Virus record (IMG/VR): IMGVR_UViG_3300002835_006866
Location: 31,852-95,851 of that record
Length of the DNA: 64,000 bases
Reading direction: 5' to 3' (one strand)
Source of the DNA: a virus
The position numbers were made by a program, and so were the translations under genes. Shown here in pieces: positions 48,826 to 58,522 of this stretch. The notes beneath the pieces were generated by a model. That model was not told where the DNA came from, did no database searches, and saw only the letters and a list, made by a program, of their open reading frames with translations. Numbering within the stretch: the first letter of the stretch is position 1; each line of letters begins with the position of its first letter.

Positions 48826-50622
48826 ATGGAAGATATCGTAAACGGAATTGTAGTAGATTATTCGAGAGATAGTTTATTCGATGAACTTGGAATTAAAAGA
48901 TTAAAAGAGAGTTATATGAGAGAGACTGAAGTTTCTCCTCAAGAAAGGTTTGCATATGTTTCAAAAGCTTTTAGCTCTGATATTGAACACGCTCAACGCC
49001 TGTATAACTATAGTTCTAAGCATTGGCTTTCTTATTCTACTCCTATTCTTAGTTTTGGCCGCAGTAAGCGTGGTCTTCCTATCTCTTGTTTTCTCCCTTA
49101 TCTTGATGATAGTGCGGAAGGTTTGGTCGATACTTTGTCGGAAGTAAACTGGTTATCAATGTTAGGAGGCGGCGTTGGAATTGGATTGGGTATTCGTTCT
49201 GCTGATGATAAGTCCGTTGGCATTATGCCTCACTTACGTACTTACGATGCTTCATCATTGGCCTACAGACAAGGCCGAACACGCCGTGGCTCTTATGCTA
49301 CCTACCTTGACATATCTCATCCTGATATTCTTTTATTTTTGGAAATGAGAAAGCCCACGGGTGACCCCAATCTTCGTTGTTTGAATTTACATCACGGAAT
49401 TAATATCACAGATAAATTCATGCAATTAATTCAAACTTGCATGGAAGATTCAAATGCTAATGATGATTGGGAACTGATTGATCCACATAACGATGAAGTT
49501 CGTGAAGTGGTTTCTGCTAAAGAACTATGGCAAAGAATTCTTGACATTCGTATGCAAACTGGCGAACCATACATTCATTTTATCGATACAAGTAATCGTA
49601 TGATGCCAGAGTTTCAAAAGAAAAAAGGTCTGAGCATCAAGCAATCAAATCTGTGCAGTGAGATTATTTTACCTACAGATAAAGAGCGAACCGCAGTTTG
49701 CTGTCTTTCGTCTGTAAATTTGGAGTATTATGATGAGTGGAAAGATAATGAACTTTTTCTTCGGGACGTGGCCGAGATGCTGGATAATGTACTTCAGCAC
49801 TTTATTGACAACGCTCCTGATTACATTTCTAGAGCCAGGTACTCTGCTCAGCAAGAGCGCAGCATCGGTGTGGGGGCTCTTGGTTTTCATGCTTATCTAC
49901 AAAAACATAACATACCGTTTGAGTCGGCGTTAGCAACGGGTGTAAACAACAAGATGTTCAAAAATATCAGAGAGAAATTAAATGAAGCGAATGTTAAACT
50001 TGGCAGTGAACGAGGCGAAGCACCGGATGCTAAGGGCACCGGTTTACGCTTCAGCCATCTTATGGCCATTGCTCCTAATGCTTCTAGCAGCATTATCATG
50101 GGCAACACTAGCCCTTCTGTTGAGCCTTATCGTGCAAATGCCTATCGCCAAGATACTCTTTCTGGAGCACACTTAAACAAAAATAAATATCTTGATAAAA
50201 TTATTCAGGAGAAATGTGATGCAGGCAAATCACTGGATTACCAAGAAGTCTGGTCAAGTATCATTGCAAACGATGGTTCCGTTCAGCATTTGGAATTCTT
50301 GGATGAATGGACAAAAAATGTGTTCAAAACTAGTATGGAGATTGACCAACGATGGGTTGTGGACCACGCCGCTAACAGACAAAGTTACATTGACCAGGCG
50401 CAATCCATTAACCTCTTTTTTAGACCTGATGTAAATATCAAATACCTACATGCCGTTCATTTTCAAGCTTGGAAACAAGGTCTTAAAACGCTTTACTATT
50501 GCCGCTCAGAGAAACTGGCGAAAGCGGATAAAGTTTCGAAAAGAATCGAAAGAAAAGTAATCGAAGAAATTGACCTGAAAGCCTTAGCAACCGAAGAAGT
50601 TTGTTTAGCCTGCGAAGGTTAA
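48826..50622 (+). CDS. nrdA: ribonucleotide reductase class Ia alpha subunit
   Basis: PISCF, SNLCSE, APNASS, KTLYY, C-terminal CLACEG. Confidence 0.96.
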   Translation: MEDIVNGIVVDYSRDSLFDELGIKRLKESYMRETEVSPQERFAYVSKAFSSDIEHAQRLYNYSSKHWLSYSTPILSFGRSKRGLPISCFLPYLDDSAEGLVDTLSEVNWLSMLGGGVGIGLGIRSADDKSVGIMPHLRTYDASSLAYRQGRTRRGSYATYLDISHPDILLFLEMRKPTGDPNLRCLNLHHGINITDKFMQLIQTCMEDSNANDDWELIDPHNDEVREVVSAKELWQRILDIRMQTGEPYIHFIDTSNRMMPEFQKKKGLSIKQSNLCSEIILPTDKERTAVCCLSSVNLEYYDEWKDNELFLRDVAEMLDNVLQHFIDNAPDYISRARYSAQQERSIGVGALGFHAYLQKHNIPFESALATGVNNKMFKNIREKLNEANVKLGSERGEAPDAKGTGLRFSHLMAIAPNASSSIIMGNTSPSVEPYRANAYRQDTLSGAHLNKNKYLDKIIQEKCDAGKSLDYQEVWSSIIANDGSVQHLEFLDEWTKNVFKTSMEIDQRWVVDHAANRQSYIDQAQSINLFFRPDVNIKYLHAVHFQAWKQGLKTLYYCRSEKLAKADKVSKRIERKVIEEIDLKALATEEVCLACEG

Positions 50623-50623
50623 A

Positions 50624-51262
50624 ATGCCCACCATTGCTCTATTTGTTCAACATCCTAGATGTTCAGTTCAATCGTGCAATGGTATAATCAAAGCACTTGG
50701 CTCAGATTACACCTATAAATTATTTACTAAACATGAAATCGAAAACGACTTTTTTAATTCTGTCGACCTCGTATGTTTTCCTGGCGGGGTCGGTGATGTT
50801 GATTCTTATGACACATATTTCAAGTCTCATGGGCGTCTTATCACCGACTACATCAAAAATGGTGGAAGATATCTTGGTATCTGTATGGGTGCCTATTGGG
50901 CTGGGCCTGATTATTTTAATCTTCTGTACGGAGCAAACGCCGTCCAATACATCAAACGACCGAATACTTGCACAAGGCGATCATACTCCAAAGCAATTGA
51001 ATGTGACTGGAATGGCGTACCAGACAGATTCTTCTTTTATGATGGAACTGCATTTGTCGGAAATCCAGAATACTACGATGTTGTCGCCAGATACTCGAAT
51101 GGTGATGCAGCAGCGATCATTCAAGGTAGAATAGGATTAATAGGTCCACATTTAGAAGCGGAAGAATTTTGGTACAACAAACCTTATCTACACAGACATT
51201 GGCATGAAGGCCGGCATCATGTTATGTTAAAAGAATTCGTGAACAAACTAATGGAAAAATAA
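50624..51262 (+). CDS. BPL_N / class I glutamine amidotransferase-like protein
   Basis: FPGG, YLGICMGAY, GPHLE. Confidence 0.75.
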   Translation: MPTIALFVQHPRCSVQSCNGIIKALGSDYTYKLFTKHEIENDFFNSVDLVCFPGGVGDVDSYDTYFKSHGRLITDYIKNGGRYLGICMGAYWAGPDYFNLLYGANAVQYIKRPNTCTRRSYSKAIECDWNGVPDRFFFYDGTAFVGNPEYYDVVARYSNGDAAAIIQGRIGLIGPHLEAEEFWYNKPYLHRHWHEGRHHVMLKEFVNKLMEK

Positions 51263-51901
51263 ATGGCACATTTAGTTGCAAACATACCACCAGTACACTG
51301 TTATATACGCAAAGAGTTTCTTTATGATTTTGAGAAAGGTCATGGAGATTATGAGCCTTGTATATGGGTGACACTTAAAAGCATCCGTGGTCAAGCATTT
51401 AGAATAGAGGCATACTTACCAAACTATGGCGCAATTTATGACAAACTACCTCTCCATGCGTTTGTATCACGCTCAGAGAATCTTGACCCTAAGAAGTTTT
51501 TACCTCTAGATACGTTACAGATTTGGGATTGTTTCAGTTATGACTTTACTGTAATACAAAAAGCCTTTCTGAGAAATCTAACAGCAAAGTTTTATGCTAA
51601 AGATAAACAGTTCTATCAAGGCAATTACTTGTTTACGGTAGACCATTCAGCGCCAGATTTGAATATTATTGATACAAGTTATGCTGAATGGCCAGAAGAT
51701 CATAAAAGTTTCAATTTCATTGAACTAGATAACGGTCAATTTGCTGCACAGCCAAATAATCGTTGCCTGTTTTTAGATGCAGCAAGTAATCCTAAACAAT
51801 TGAAGTTTCCAGACTTTAAAGTTTGCACAAAGAAATATGTTGTAGAACAAAATCCAAAATGGGCATTAGGCGACACAAATACCGTCATGTATGAGGAATG
51901 A
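51263..51901 (+). CDS. conserved hypothetical protein
   Basis: YDKLPLHAF, QIWDCFSY, GQFAAQPNNR. Confidence 0.7.
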   Translation: MAHLVANIPPVHCYIRKEFLYDFEKGHGDYEPCIWVTLKSIRGQAFRIEAYLPNYGAIYDKLPLHAFVSRSENLDPKKFLPLDTLQIWDCFSYDFTVIQKAFLRNLTAKFYAKDKQFYQGNYLFTVDHSAPDLNIIDTSYAEWPEDHKSFNFIELDNGQFAAQPNNRCLFLDAASNPKQLKFPDFKVCTKKYVVEQNPKWALGDTNTVMYEE

Positions 51902-51902
51902 T

Positions 51903-52160
51903 ATGAAAAAAATTATTAGATTCACCGCAGACTGGTGCGGACCTTGTAAAAGTATGGCCGCAAACTTAGGCCAAACCGATACAAGTGGCGTATCGATTGA
52001 AGTGATTGATATCGATAAAAATCCAGATATTGCCATGGAATACGGAATAAGAAATATTCCCACTTTAGTAATGGTAGATGAATCAAACAATGTAATTAAA
52101 AGAAAAACTGGTGTAATGACACCAACACAAATAAAGGAATGGATAAACGGAGATGACTAA
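51903..52160 (+). CDS. trx: thioredoxin
   Basis: WCGPC, IPTLV. Confidence 0.92.
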   Translation: MKKIIRFTADWCGPCKSMAANLGQTDTSGVSIEVIDIDKNPDIAMEYGIRNIPTLVMVDESNNVIKRKTGVMTPTQIKEWINGDD

Positions 52161-53145
52161 AAAAACCGCTAGCAAACTAACAGATGAAAGATCATCGTAT
52201 AAACCTTTTCACTATCCTTGGGCCTATGAATCTTGGTTGAAACATGAACAAAGTCACTGGCTTCACACGGAAGTTCCTATGGCTGAAGATGTAAAAGATT
52301 GGAAAAATAAATTAACGACAGAAGAAAAACAATTTCTTACTCATATTTTCCGTTTCTTTACACAAGGTGATATCGATGTTGCTGGTGGTTATGTCAAAAA
52401 CTATTTACCATATTTTCCACAACCAGAAGTTCGTATGATGCTTCTAGGCTTTGCTGCTCGTGAAGCATTACACATTGCTGCTTACTCACACCTTATTGAA
52501 ACATTGGGTCTGCCTGATGCAATGTATAATCAATTCTTAGAATATCAGGCGATGAGAGACAAACATGATTACGTACTTGATCTTAGCGCACAGAATGGCG
52601 ATGTTGCTTCTACTGCTACTCATATTGCAGTATTCTCTGCTTTCACCGAAGGGATGCAATTATTCAGTTCCTTTATCATGTTACTTAACTTCCCTAGGCA
52701 TGGGAAAATGAAAGGTATGGGCCAAATTGTTACTTGGTCTATCGTTGATGAAACACAGCATGCTGAATCAATGATTAAATTATTCAGAACCTACATAGAG
52801 GAAAATAAAGAAATTTGGAACGATGAATTAAAATCTAGAATTTATACCATTGCTGAGAAAATGGTTGAACTTGAAGATAAATTCATCGATTTAGCATTCC
52901 AAATGGGTTCTATGGAGAATCTAGATGCAGAAGATGTTAAGCGTTATATTCGCTATATTGCTGACCGCCGTCTTATTTCTCTTGGTCTTAAAGGGATTTT
53001 CAAGGTAAAGAAAAATCCTTTACCGTGGGTTGAGGAGATGATTAATGCTCCAACTCATACGAATTTCTTTGAGAACAGAGCTACAGATTATGCCAAAGGT
53101 GCATTGACTGGTAATTGGGAAGAAGTTTGGGGTAAAGCAGCGTAA
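52153..53145 (+). CDS. nrdB: ribonucleotide reductase beta subunit
   Basis: FFTQGD, EALH, EGMQLFSSF, DETQH, NFFE. Confidence 0.96.
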   Translation: MTKKTASKLTDERSSYKPFHYPWAYESWLKHEQSHWLHTEVPMAEDVKDWKNKLTTEEKQFLTHIFRFFTQGDIDVAGGYVKNYLPYFPQPEVRMMLLGFAAREALHIAAYSHLIETLGLPDAMYNQFLEYQAMRDKHDYVLDLSAQNGDVASTATHIAVFSAFTEGMQLFSSFIMLLNFPRHGKMKGMGQIVTWSIVDETQHAESMIKLFRTYIEENKEIWNDELKSRIYTIAEKMVELEDKFIDLAFQMGSMENLDAEDVKRYIRYIADRRLISLGLKGIFKVKKNPLPWVEEMINAPTHTNFFENRATDYAKGALTGNWEEVWGKAA

Positions 53146-53146
53146 T

Positions 53147-53221
53147 ACTAAATATAAAGTCTGATTATCTTCGATGGTCGGACTATTAAAAAAAATTCCA
53201 AATTGTGACGGTTCCGTTACA
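53147..53221 (+). promoter_or_regulatory. pstS upstream region: late promoter, hairpin and candidate Pho-box/operator
   Basis: ACTAAATA (53147); hairpin 53158-53184; TGTGACGGTTCCGTTACA (53204-53221) with GTGAC/GTTAC 11 bp apart. Confidence 0.45.
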
Positions 53222-53258
53222 CTAGAATAATTTTAGTAGTCTAACCATAGGAGATAAC

Positions 53259-54284
53259 ATGAAGAAGTTTTTAGCATCTATTCTATTAGCAGTATCTTCA
53301 GTCGTATCAGCAGCAGAATTCACTGGCGCTGGTGCGACTTTTCCATTTCCAATCTATGCAAAGTGGGCTGAAGCATATAAAGCACAAACTGGCATTGGTC
53401 TAAATTATCAATCAATTGGTAGTGGCGGTGGTATTCGTCAAATCAAGGCAAAAACAGTTGACTTTGGTGCAAGTGATATGCCACTCAAGAAAGAAGAATT
53501 GGATAAAGAAGGTCTTGTTCAATTTCCAGCAATCATTGGTGGTGTTGTACCAGTATTCAATCTTGATGGTATTGCTCCAGGACAATTGAAACTGACACCA
53601 GAAATTATTGCAAACATTCATCTTGGTAAGATTACAAAGTGGAATGACAAAGCACTTACTGATTTGAATCCTGGTTTGAATCTTCCTGCCATGAACATCA
53701 CTGTAGTTCATCGTGCAGATGGTTCGGGTACTACATTCATCTGGACAAATTTCTTGGGCAAAGCAAATGCTGAGTTTGCGAAAACTGTTGGTGAAGGCAC
53801 AGCAGTAAAATGGCCAACTGGTGTAGGCGGCAAAGGTAATGAAGGCGTTGCAGCCAATGTTCAACGTGTCAAAGGTGCATTTGGTTATGTTGAGTATGCA
53901 TATGCTAAAAAGAATAAAATTGCATTTGCTTCGTTGAAGAATCGTGATGGTGTTTTTGTATTGCCTGATGATTCCACATTCAAAGCAGCAGCAACAAACG
54001 CCGATTGGAACAATGCACCAGGAATGTATTTGTTGCTTACATGGCAGACAGGTAAAGATGCATGGCCAGCAACAGGTGCAAGTTTTATTCTGATGCACAA
54101 ACAACAAGCAGATACATTAACAGGTCGTGCAGTTCTCAAATTCTTTGACTGGTCATACAAGAATGGTGGCCAAATGTCAACAGAATTGGAATATGTTCAT
54201 ATGCCTGCCGATGTAATCAAGTTAGTACAAGAAAATTGGAAGAAAGACTTCCGTGGACCAGATAACAACCCAATTTGGAAATAA
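53259..54284 (+). CDS. pstS: phosphate ABC transporter substrate-binding protein
   Basis: Signal peptide; GAGATFP, YQSIGSGGG, DFGASD, RADGSGTT. Confidence 0.96.
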   Translation: MKKFLASILLAVSSVVSAAEFTGAGATFPFPIYAKWAEAYKAQTGIGLNYQSIGSGGGIRQIKAKTVDFGASDMPLKKEELDKEGLVQFPAIIGGVVPVFNLDGIAPGQLKLTPEIIANIHLGKITKWNDKALTDLNPGLNLPAMNITVVHRADGSGTTFIWTNFLGKANAEFAKTVGEGTAVKWPTGVGGKGNEGVAANVQRVKGAFGYVEYAYAKKNKIAFASLKNRDGVFVLPDDSTFKAAATNADWNNAPGMYLLLTWQTGKDAWPATGASFILMHKQQADTLTGRAVLKFFDWSYKNGGQMSTELEYVHMPADVIKLVQENWKKDFRGPDNNPIWK

Positions 54285-54293
54285 GGATATATC

Positions 54294-55700
54294 GTGAAAT
54301 TATTAAAAAAACTTTCTATTGTAGTTGCTTTAGCAGCAGTGATTCCAGCATATGCTGATGAGTATAAAGACACACTGAATATTCTGAGAGAGAAGAATGT
54401 AATCACTCAACAAGAATATGAAGATAAACTCAAAGCATATGAAGAAAAAGAAGAAAACAAAAAGTTTGCTGAAAGAAGAATCGACAAAGACGTTAGCGAT
54501 TCAGTCAAGTATAGACAAGCAAGAGCAAACGATGGAGCAGTCACAGAAAACGGACTTGGACTCAAATCCAAAGATGGTAACACGACTGCCCAATTTACAG
54601 GTCGATTACATATGGACTATCGACACTACACACCAGATTACGGTGTCGGTCAAACCACGGATTCGTATCAGAACCTAGCAGAAGTTCGCCGTGCTAGATT
54701 TGGTGTGCGTGGTCAGTTCAATAAAGACTTCAAGTATCAATTGCTTGCAAACTTTGGTAATGATGTTGGTGCTTCATCAAGTTCGAGTACAATGGATGAG
54801 ATGTGGGTAAACTATGCCGCTAATCCTGAAATGCAATTTCAGTTTGGACTATTCAAAATGCCATTCAGTCTTGAACAAATGACCAGTTCAAACAATATTG
54901 ATTTCATGGAGCGTAGTTTGATTGGGCAGAATGACAGTGAATTGATTCCTGCAAAAGAAACTGGCTTTATGTTGCATGGTGTTCCTGTGTCGGGTCTAAC
55001 TTATCAATTGGCAGTTAGCCGTGGTCGTGGTAACAAAGATGCTATCAATGATAACTTTGATTACATTGGTCGTGTTACCACCAATCTAGCTGAACTTGCT
55101 GGTAATAAAGAAGTTGTTGCTCACTTGGGTGCGGCTTATAGCATTGGTACAATCAAGAGTGGTGTAACGCCATCAAGTGGTCGCACTGAAGCAAGGACAC
55201 AGAGCAGTTGGTTTGTTGGTCCTGCATTGAGTGGTTCTACTGAAAGAACACGTGCAGGTCTTGAAGCAGCATTGGCATACAAAGGTGCAAAAGTACAAGG
55301 TGAATACTTTGATTTTACATATGATCCTACGACAGGTAATGACCAAAAAATCAAAGGTTACTATGTACAAGCACTTTATAATATTACAGGTGAAAATCAT
55401 GCCTACAAAGATGGTGCGTTCAACTGGATCAAACCAAATAATCCTGTAGGTAAAGGTGGCAACGGTGCATGGCAAATTGGAGTTCGTGCCAGTGAGTTTG
55501 ATGCCAGCAATATCACAGTTGTAGCTGGTAAAACAAATCGTGCAGTTGCTATGACATATGGATTGACATGGTTTGTAAACGACAATCTTAGATTCATGAT
55601 AAATTATGTTGACACTAAATTTGATGCACTAGTCGGTAGTTCAGGCGCACGTGTAAATGGCGACAAAGCAGTATTGTTTAGAAGTCAACTAAGTTTCTAA
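54294..55700 (+). CDS. phosphate-selective porin (OprO/OprP family)
   Basis: Signal peptide; EVRRARFG, FKMPFSLEQMTSS, FMERS; C-terminal Phe. Confidence 0.88.
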   Translation: MKLLKKLSIVVALAAVIPAYADEYKDTLNILREKNVITQQEYEDKLKAYEEKEENKKFAERRIDKDVSDSVKYRQARANDGAVTENGLGLKSKDGNTTAQFTGRLHMDYRHYTPDYGVGQTTDSYQNLAEVRRARFGVRGQFNKDFKYQLLANFGNDVGASSSSSTMDEMWVNYAANPEMQFQFGLFKMPFSLEQMTSSNNIDFMERSLIGQNDSELIPAKETGFMLHGVPVSGLTYQLAVSRGRGNKDAINDNFDYIGRVTTNLAELAGNKEVVAHLGAAYSIGTIKSGVTPSSGRTEARTQSSWFVGPALSGSTERTRAGLEAALAYKGAKVQGEYFDFTYDPTTGNDQKIKGYYVQALYNITGENHAYKDGAFNWIKPNNPVGKGGNGAWQIGVRASEFDASNITVVAGKTNRAVAMTYGLTWFVNDNLRFMINYVDTKFDALVGSSGARVNGDKAVLFRSQLSF

Positions 55701-55761
55701 GTAACCCTTAAAAATCGGTCACAATAATCAGGTGACTCTGGAGCCCGTAACCAGAACCCTT

Positions 55762-56592
55762 ATGGACAAAACATATCGCAGTATCTTTATTTCAGACGTT
55801 CACCTTGGCACAAAAGATTGCAAGGCTGAAGCTCTTAATAATTTTCTCAAACACAATACTTGTGATACATTGTATCTCGTTGGTGATATCATTGATGGTT
55901 GGAAAATAAAACAAAACAAGTGGCGTTGGAAACAAAGCCACACAAATGTCGTTCGTCGTGTTTTAGGTCATGCTAAAAAGGGAACACGTGTAGTATACGT
56001 TTTAGGTAATCATGACGAATTTCTCCGACCATTTCTTCAATACAATCTAAGTTTTGGTATGTTAGAAATGGTTAATCAATGTGAGCATATCGGTGCTGAT
56101 GGTAAACATTATTTGGTGATTCATGGAGATTTGTTTGATGGTATCACAAGATTAGCACCATGGCTATCATTTTTAGGAGACAGAGCGTATGATTGCATCT
56201 TATCAGTTAATAATAAATTTAATTGGATCTTACATAGAATTGGTATTGGTTATTTTAGCCTTAGTCGTTTTCTCAAGCACAGGGTAAAAAAAGCCGTAGA
56301 TTTTATCTTTCAATTTGAAAAAAATCTAGCAGGTTATTGCAAGAAAAAAGGATACGATGGCGTGATCTGTGGTCACATACATCATGCAGAAATTAAAGAA
56401 ATAGATGGTGTAACTTATATGAATGATGGTGATTGGGTTGAATCGTTGACAGCATTAGTTGAGCATCATGATGGTCGATGGGAAATAGTAACATGGACAC
56501 AGGAGAGCGACAATGTGGTTGATGATATTGATAGCGGTGCACCTAAACGATCCAAAGGACATACCAGGAAAAATAACTCTGGAATATCCTGA
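55762..56592 (+). CDS. plcP: PlcP-like metallophosphoesterase (phospholipase C; LpxH superfamily)
   Basis: SDVHLG, GDIIDGW, GNHDE, HGDLFD, GHIHH, NDGDWVES; Pho context. Confidence 0.75.
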   Translation: MDKTYRSIFISDVHLGTKDCKAEALNNFLKHNTCDTLYLVGDIIDGWKIKQNKWRWKQSHTNVVRRVLGHAKKGTRVVYVLGNHDEFLRPFLQYNLSFGMLEMVNQCEHIGADGKHYLVIHGDLFDGITRLAPWLSFLGDRAYDCILSVNNKFNWILHRIGIGYFSLSRFLKHRVKKAVDFIFQFEKNLAGYCKKKGYDGVICGHIHHAEIKEIDGVTYMNDGDWVESLTALVEHHDGRWEIVTWTQESDNVVDDIDSGAPKRSKGHTRKNNSGIS

Positions 56593-56683
56593 TCAAATTA
56601 CCTGCGAGAAAAGTTTACAAAGCATGAATTACTGGTTGAAGTTTGATTCATTCAAAATAGAAGGAAAGTGTGTGAAAAAATGA
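56513..56683 (+). CDS. small secreted two-Cys protein (56 aa, overlapping the 3' end of plcP)
   Basis: AGGAG RBS at 56501; MWLMILIAV...C...C. Confidence 0.55.
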   Translation: MWLMILIAVHLNDPKDIPGKITLEYPDQITCEKSLQSMNYWLKFDSFKIEGKCVKK

Positions 56684-57393
56684 TAGGACTTAGCGATAAA
56701 ATCACGATTGTAATACCCTGCAAGAATGAAGAAGAGTATATCCCTCATTTACTCACATCACTCAAACTACAAAAAATCGGCAAAACTAGAATCATTATTG
56801 CCGATTGTTCTACAGACAATACCCGACAAGTTATAAAAGATAATAGTGAATCTTTGAATATCGAAATCATTGAGGGTGGTCCCGTATCAATTGCTAGAAA
56901 TAATGGTGCTAAATTAGTTACCACTCCTTATATTTTGTTTATAGATGCCGACGTTCGTTTTCAAGATAAGTATGTGATTCGAGATGCTGTTGATGAATTA
57001 GAATTCAACGATTTGGATTTGGTTGGTGCTAAAATATACTGTTATGATAAGGACTTGAGAGCAAGTTTTGGATTTATGATGTTTAACTTTATAAACAATA
57101 TTCTCAAAAGATATAGTCCATTTGCCGTAGGTGCATTTATGCTAACACGAAGAGATAAGTTTGAAGAATATGGTGGTTTTCCTGAGAACTATACCACCTC
57201 AGAAGATTTCTTTCTCTCAAGAATGTACAGTCCCGAAAAGTTCGAGATTATCAACCACTACTTTGGACAAGATTCCCGCAGATTCAAAAAGATGGGTTAC
57301 TTTGGCATGGCAGCATATCTCATCAAAAACTTCATAAATCGTAATAACAAAGAATACTGGGATAGATTAGACGGGACCAAATACTGGAACTAG
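56680..57393 (+). CDS. family 2 glycosyltransferase
   Basis: IVIPCKNEE, DCSTDNT, ARNNGA, FIDAD, SED, SRRF. Confidence 0.9.
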   Translation: MIGLSDKITIVIPCKNEEEYIPHLLTSLKLQKIGKTRIIIADCSTDNTRQVIKDNSESLNIEIIEGGPVSIARNNGAKLVTTPYILFIDADVRFQDKYVIRDAVDELEFNDLDLVGAKIYCYDKDLRASFGFMMFNFINNILKRYSPFAVGAFMLTRRDKFEEYGGFPENYTTSEDFFLSRMYSPEKFEIINHYFGQDSRRFKKMGYFGMAAYLIKNFINRNNKEYWDRLDGTKYWN

Positions 57394-57431
57394 TCTAAAT
57401 AGATGTTTACGCCTAACATAGGGGGGGCATT

Positions 57432-57887
57432 ATGAAACATCTATTTTCTTTTATCATGGCATTATTCCTCATCTCTTCCTCTTATGCCAGCCAGAAAGAA
57501 TACACGCTGAATATTACCAAAGATGATGTAATTATTCATAATCAAAACGACTGGCATTTCGTAGTCAAGTCCGATGACTATGATATATACATTGAGAAAG
57601 GTATGCTAGGCACAAAAGGTGAAGTGGTTAGTTTTCATGCTTTTGTCCCATATCACGTTCCAGAGAAAATGTACGGCACAGATGTTCCTGTGAAAGCATT
57701 ATATGTTTACGGTTCACTACACTGCGGTAAACAAAAATTGATGTTGCTCATGGACATGTATGTTGATGAGACTAATAAAATAATTTTTAGGAATACCTAC
57801 GAAGTCAATACACATGTTGTTCCTCTGAATGTGCCAAATACCACACGTTTCGACATACTCAATTTGGTGTGTAAAGAATCTGTATAA
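57432..57887 (+). CDS. secreted/periplasmic hypothetical protein
   Basis: Signal peptide, two Cys; late promoter TCTAAATA at 57394. Confidence 0.6.
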   Translation: MKHLFSFIMALFLISSSYASQKEYTLNITKDDVIIHNQNDWHFVVKSDDYDIYIEKGMLGTKGEVVSFHAFVPYHVPEKMYGTDVPVKALYVYGSLHCGKQKLMLLMDMYVDETNKIIFRNTYEVNTHVVPLNVPNTTRFDILNLVCKESV

Positions 57888-57906
57888 TAACTCGAAAGGA
57901 ATTAAA

Positions 57907-58371
57907 ATGAATGTAAAAAAATATTATATCATGCTTGCCGCTATGGCAGCATTTTTGATGTATTTTCCTTTGGTCAATATGGCCTTGGCTAAAACACCAC
58001 AAGGTGTCATGTATGATGCTCAAATTCTCCGTGTAAGTGATGGTGACACGGTAGTTGTTTCTGCACCATTTTTACCACCACCATTAAAACAAGAGCTTGC
58101 TGTTCGTGTATATGGTGTTGATACTCCAGAAAAAGGCCATCGTGCTCAGTGCCCACAAGAAAATGAAAGAGGGCTACTCGCATCTAAATTTACCACTAAT
58201 GCTGTCGCTAAATCAACTAAAAGACAATTCGTTCTATATGGTTGGGACAAGTTTGGTGGTCGGGTTTTAGGAGATATTATTCTAGATGGCCAAAGTCTAC
58301 GAGCCATGTTGATTCAAAATGGTTTCGCTCGTGAATACTATGGTGAAGCAAAGCAGTCATGGTGTAACTAA
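57907..58371 (+). CDS. secreted thermonuclease (SNase family)
   Basis: Signal/TM segment; DGDT, VRVYGVDTPE, DKFGGRVLG. Confidence 0.9.
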   Translation: MNVKKYYIMLAAMAAFLMYFPLVNMALAKTPQGVMYDAQILRVSDGDTVVVSAPFLPPPLKQELAVRVYGVDTPEKGHRAQCPQENERGLLASKFTTNAVAKSTKRQFVLYGWDKFGGRVLGDIILDGQSLRAMLIQNGFAREYYGEAKQSWCN

Positions 58372-58520
58372 TGGCTACCATACACCATTTATGTGATGAA
58401 TGTGGATCAGAATTTACAATTAAATACAATGAAGATGTATGCGAAAGTGATCCAATTCATTGTCCGTTTTGCAGCGCCTACATATTAGAATCCGAAGAAT
58501 ATGATGATGAAGATGATTAA
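58371..58520 (+). CDS. small zinc-ribbon protein (49 aa, not in ORF track)
   Basis: CDEC...CPFC plus acidic tail. Confidence 0.7.
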   Translation: MATIHHLCDECGSEFTIKYNEDVCESDPIHCPFCSAYILESEEYDDEDD

Positions 58521-58522
58521 TT

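Noticed and set aside
48129-53145. Introns or inteins in thyX, nrdA, nrdB (also g43, g41)
   Set aside because: The ORFs are continuous, of normal length, and show no splicing motifs.
55701-55752. Pho box upstream of plcP
   Set aside because: The GTNAC words are spaced 14-17 nt apart, not the 11-nt PhoB period.
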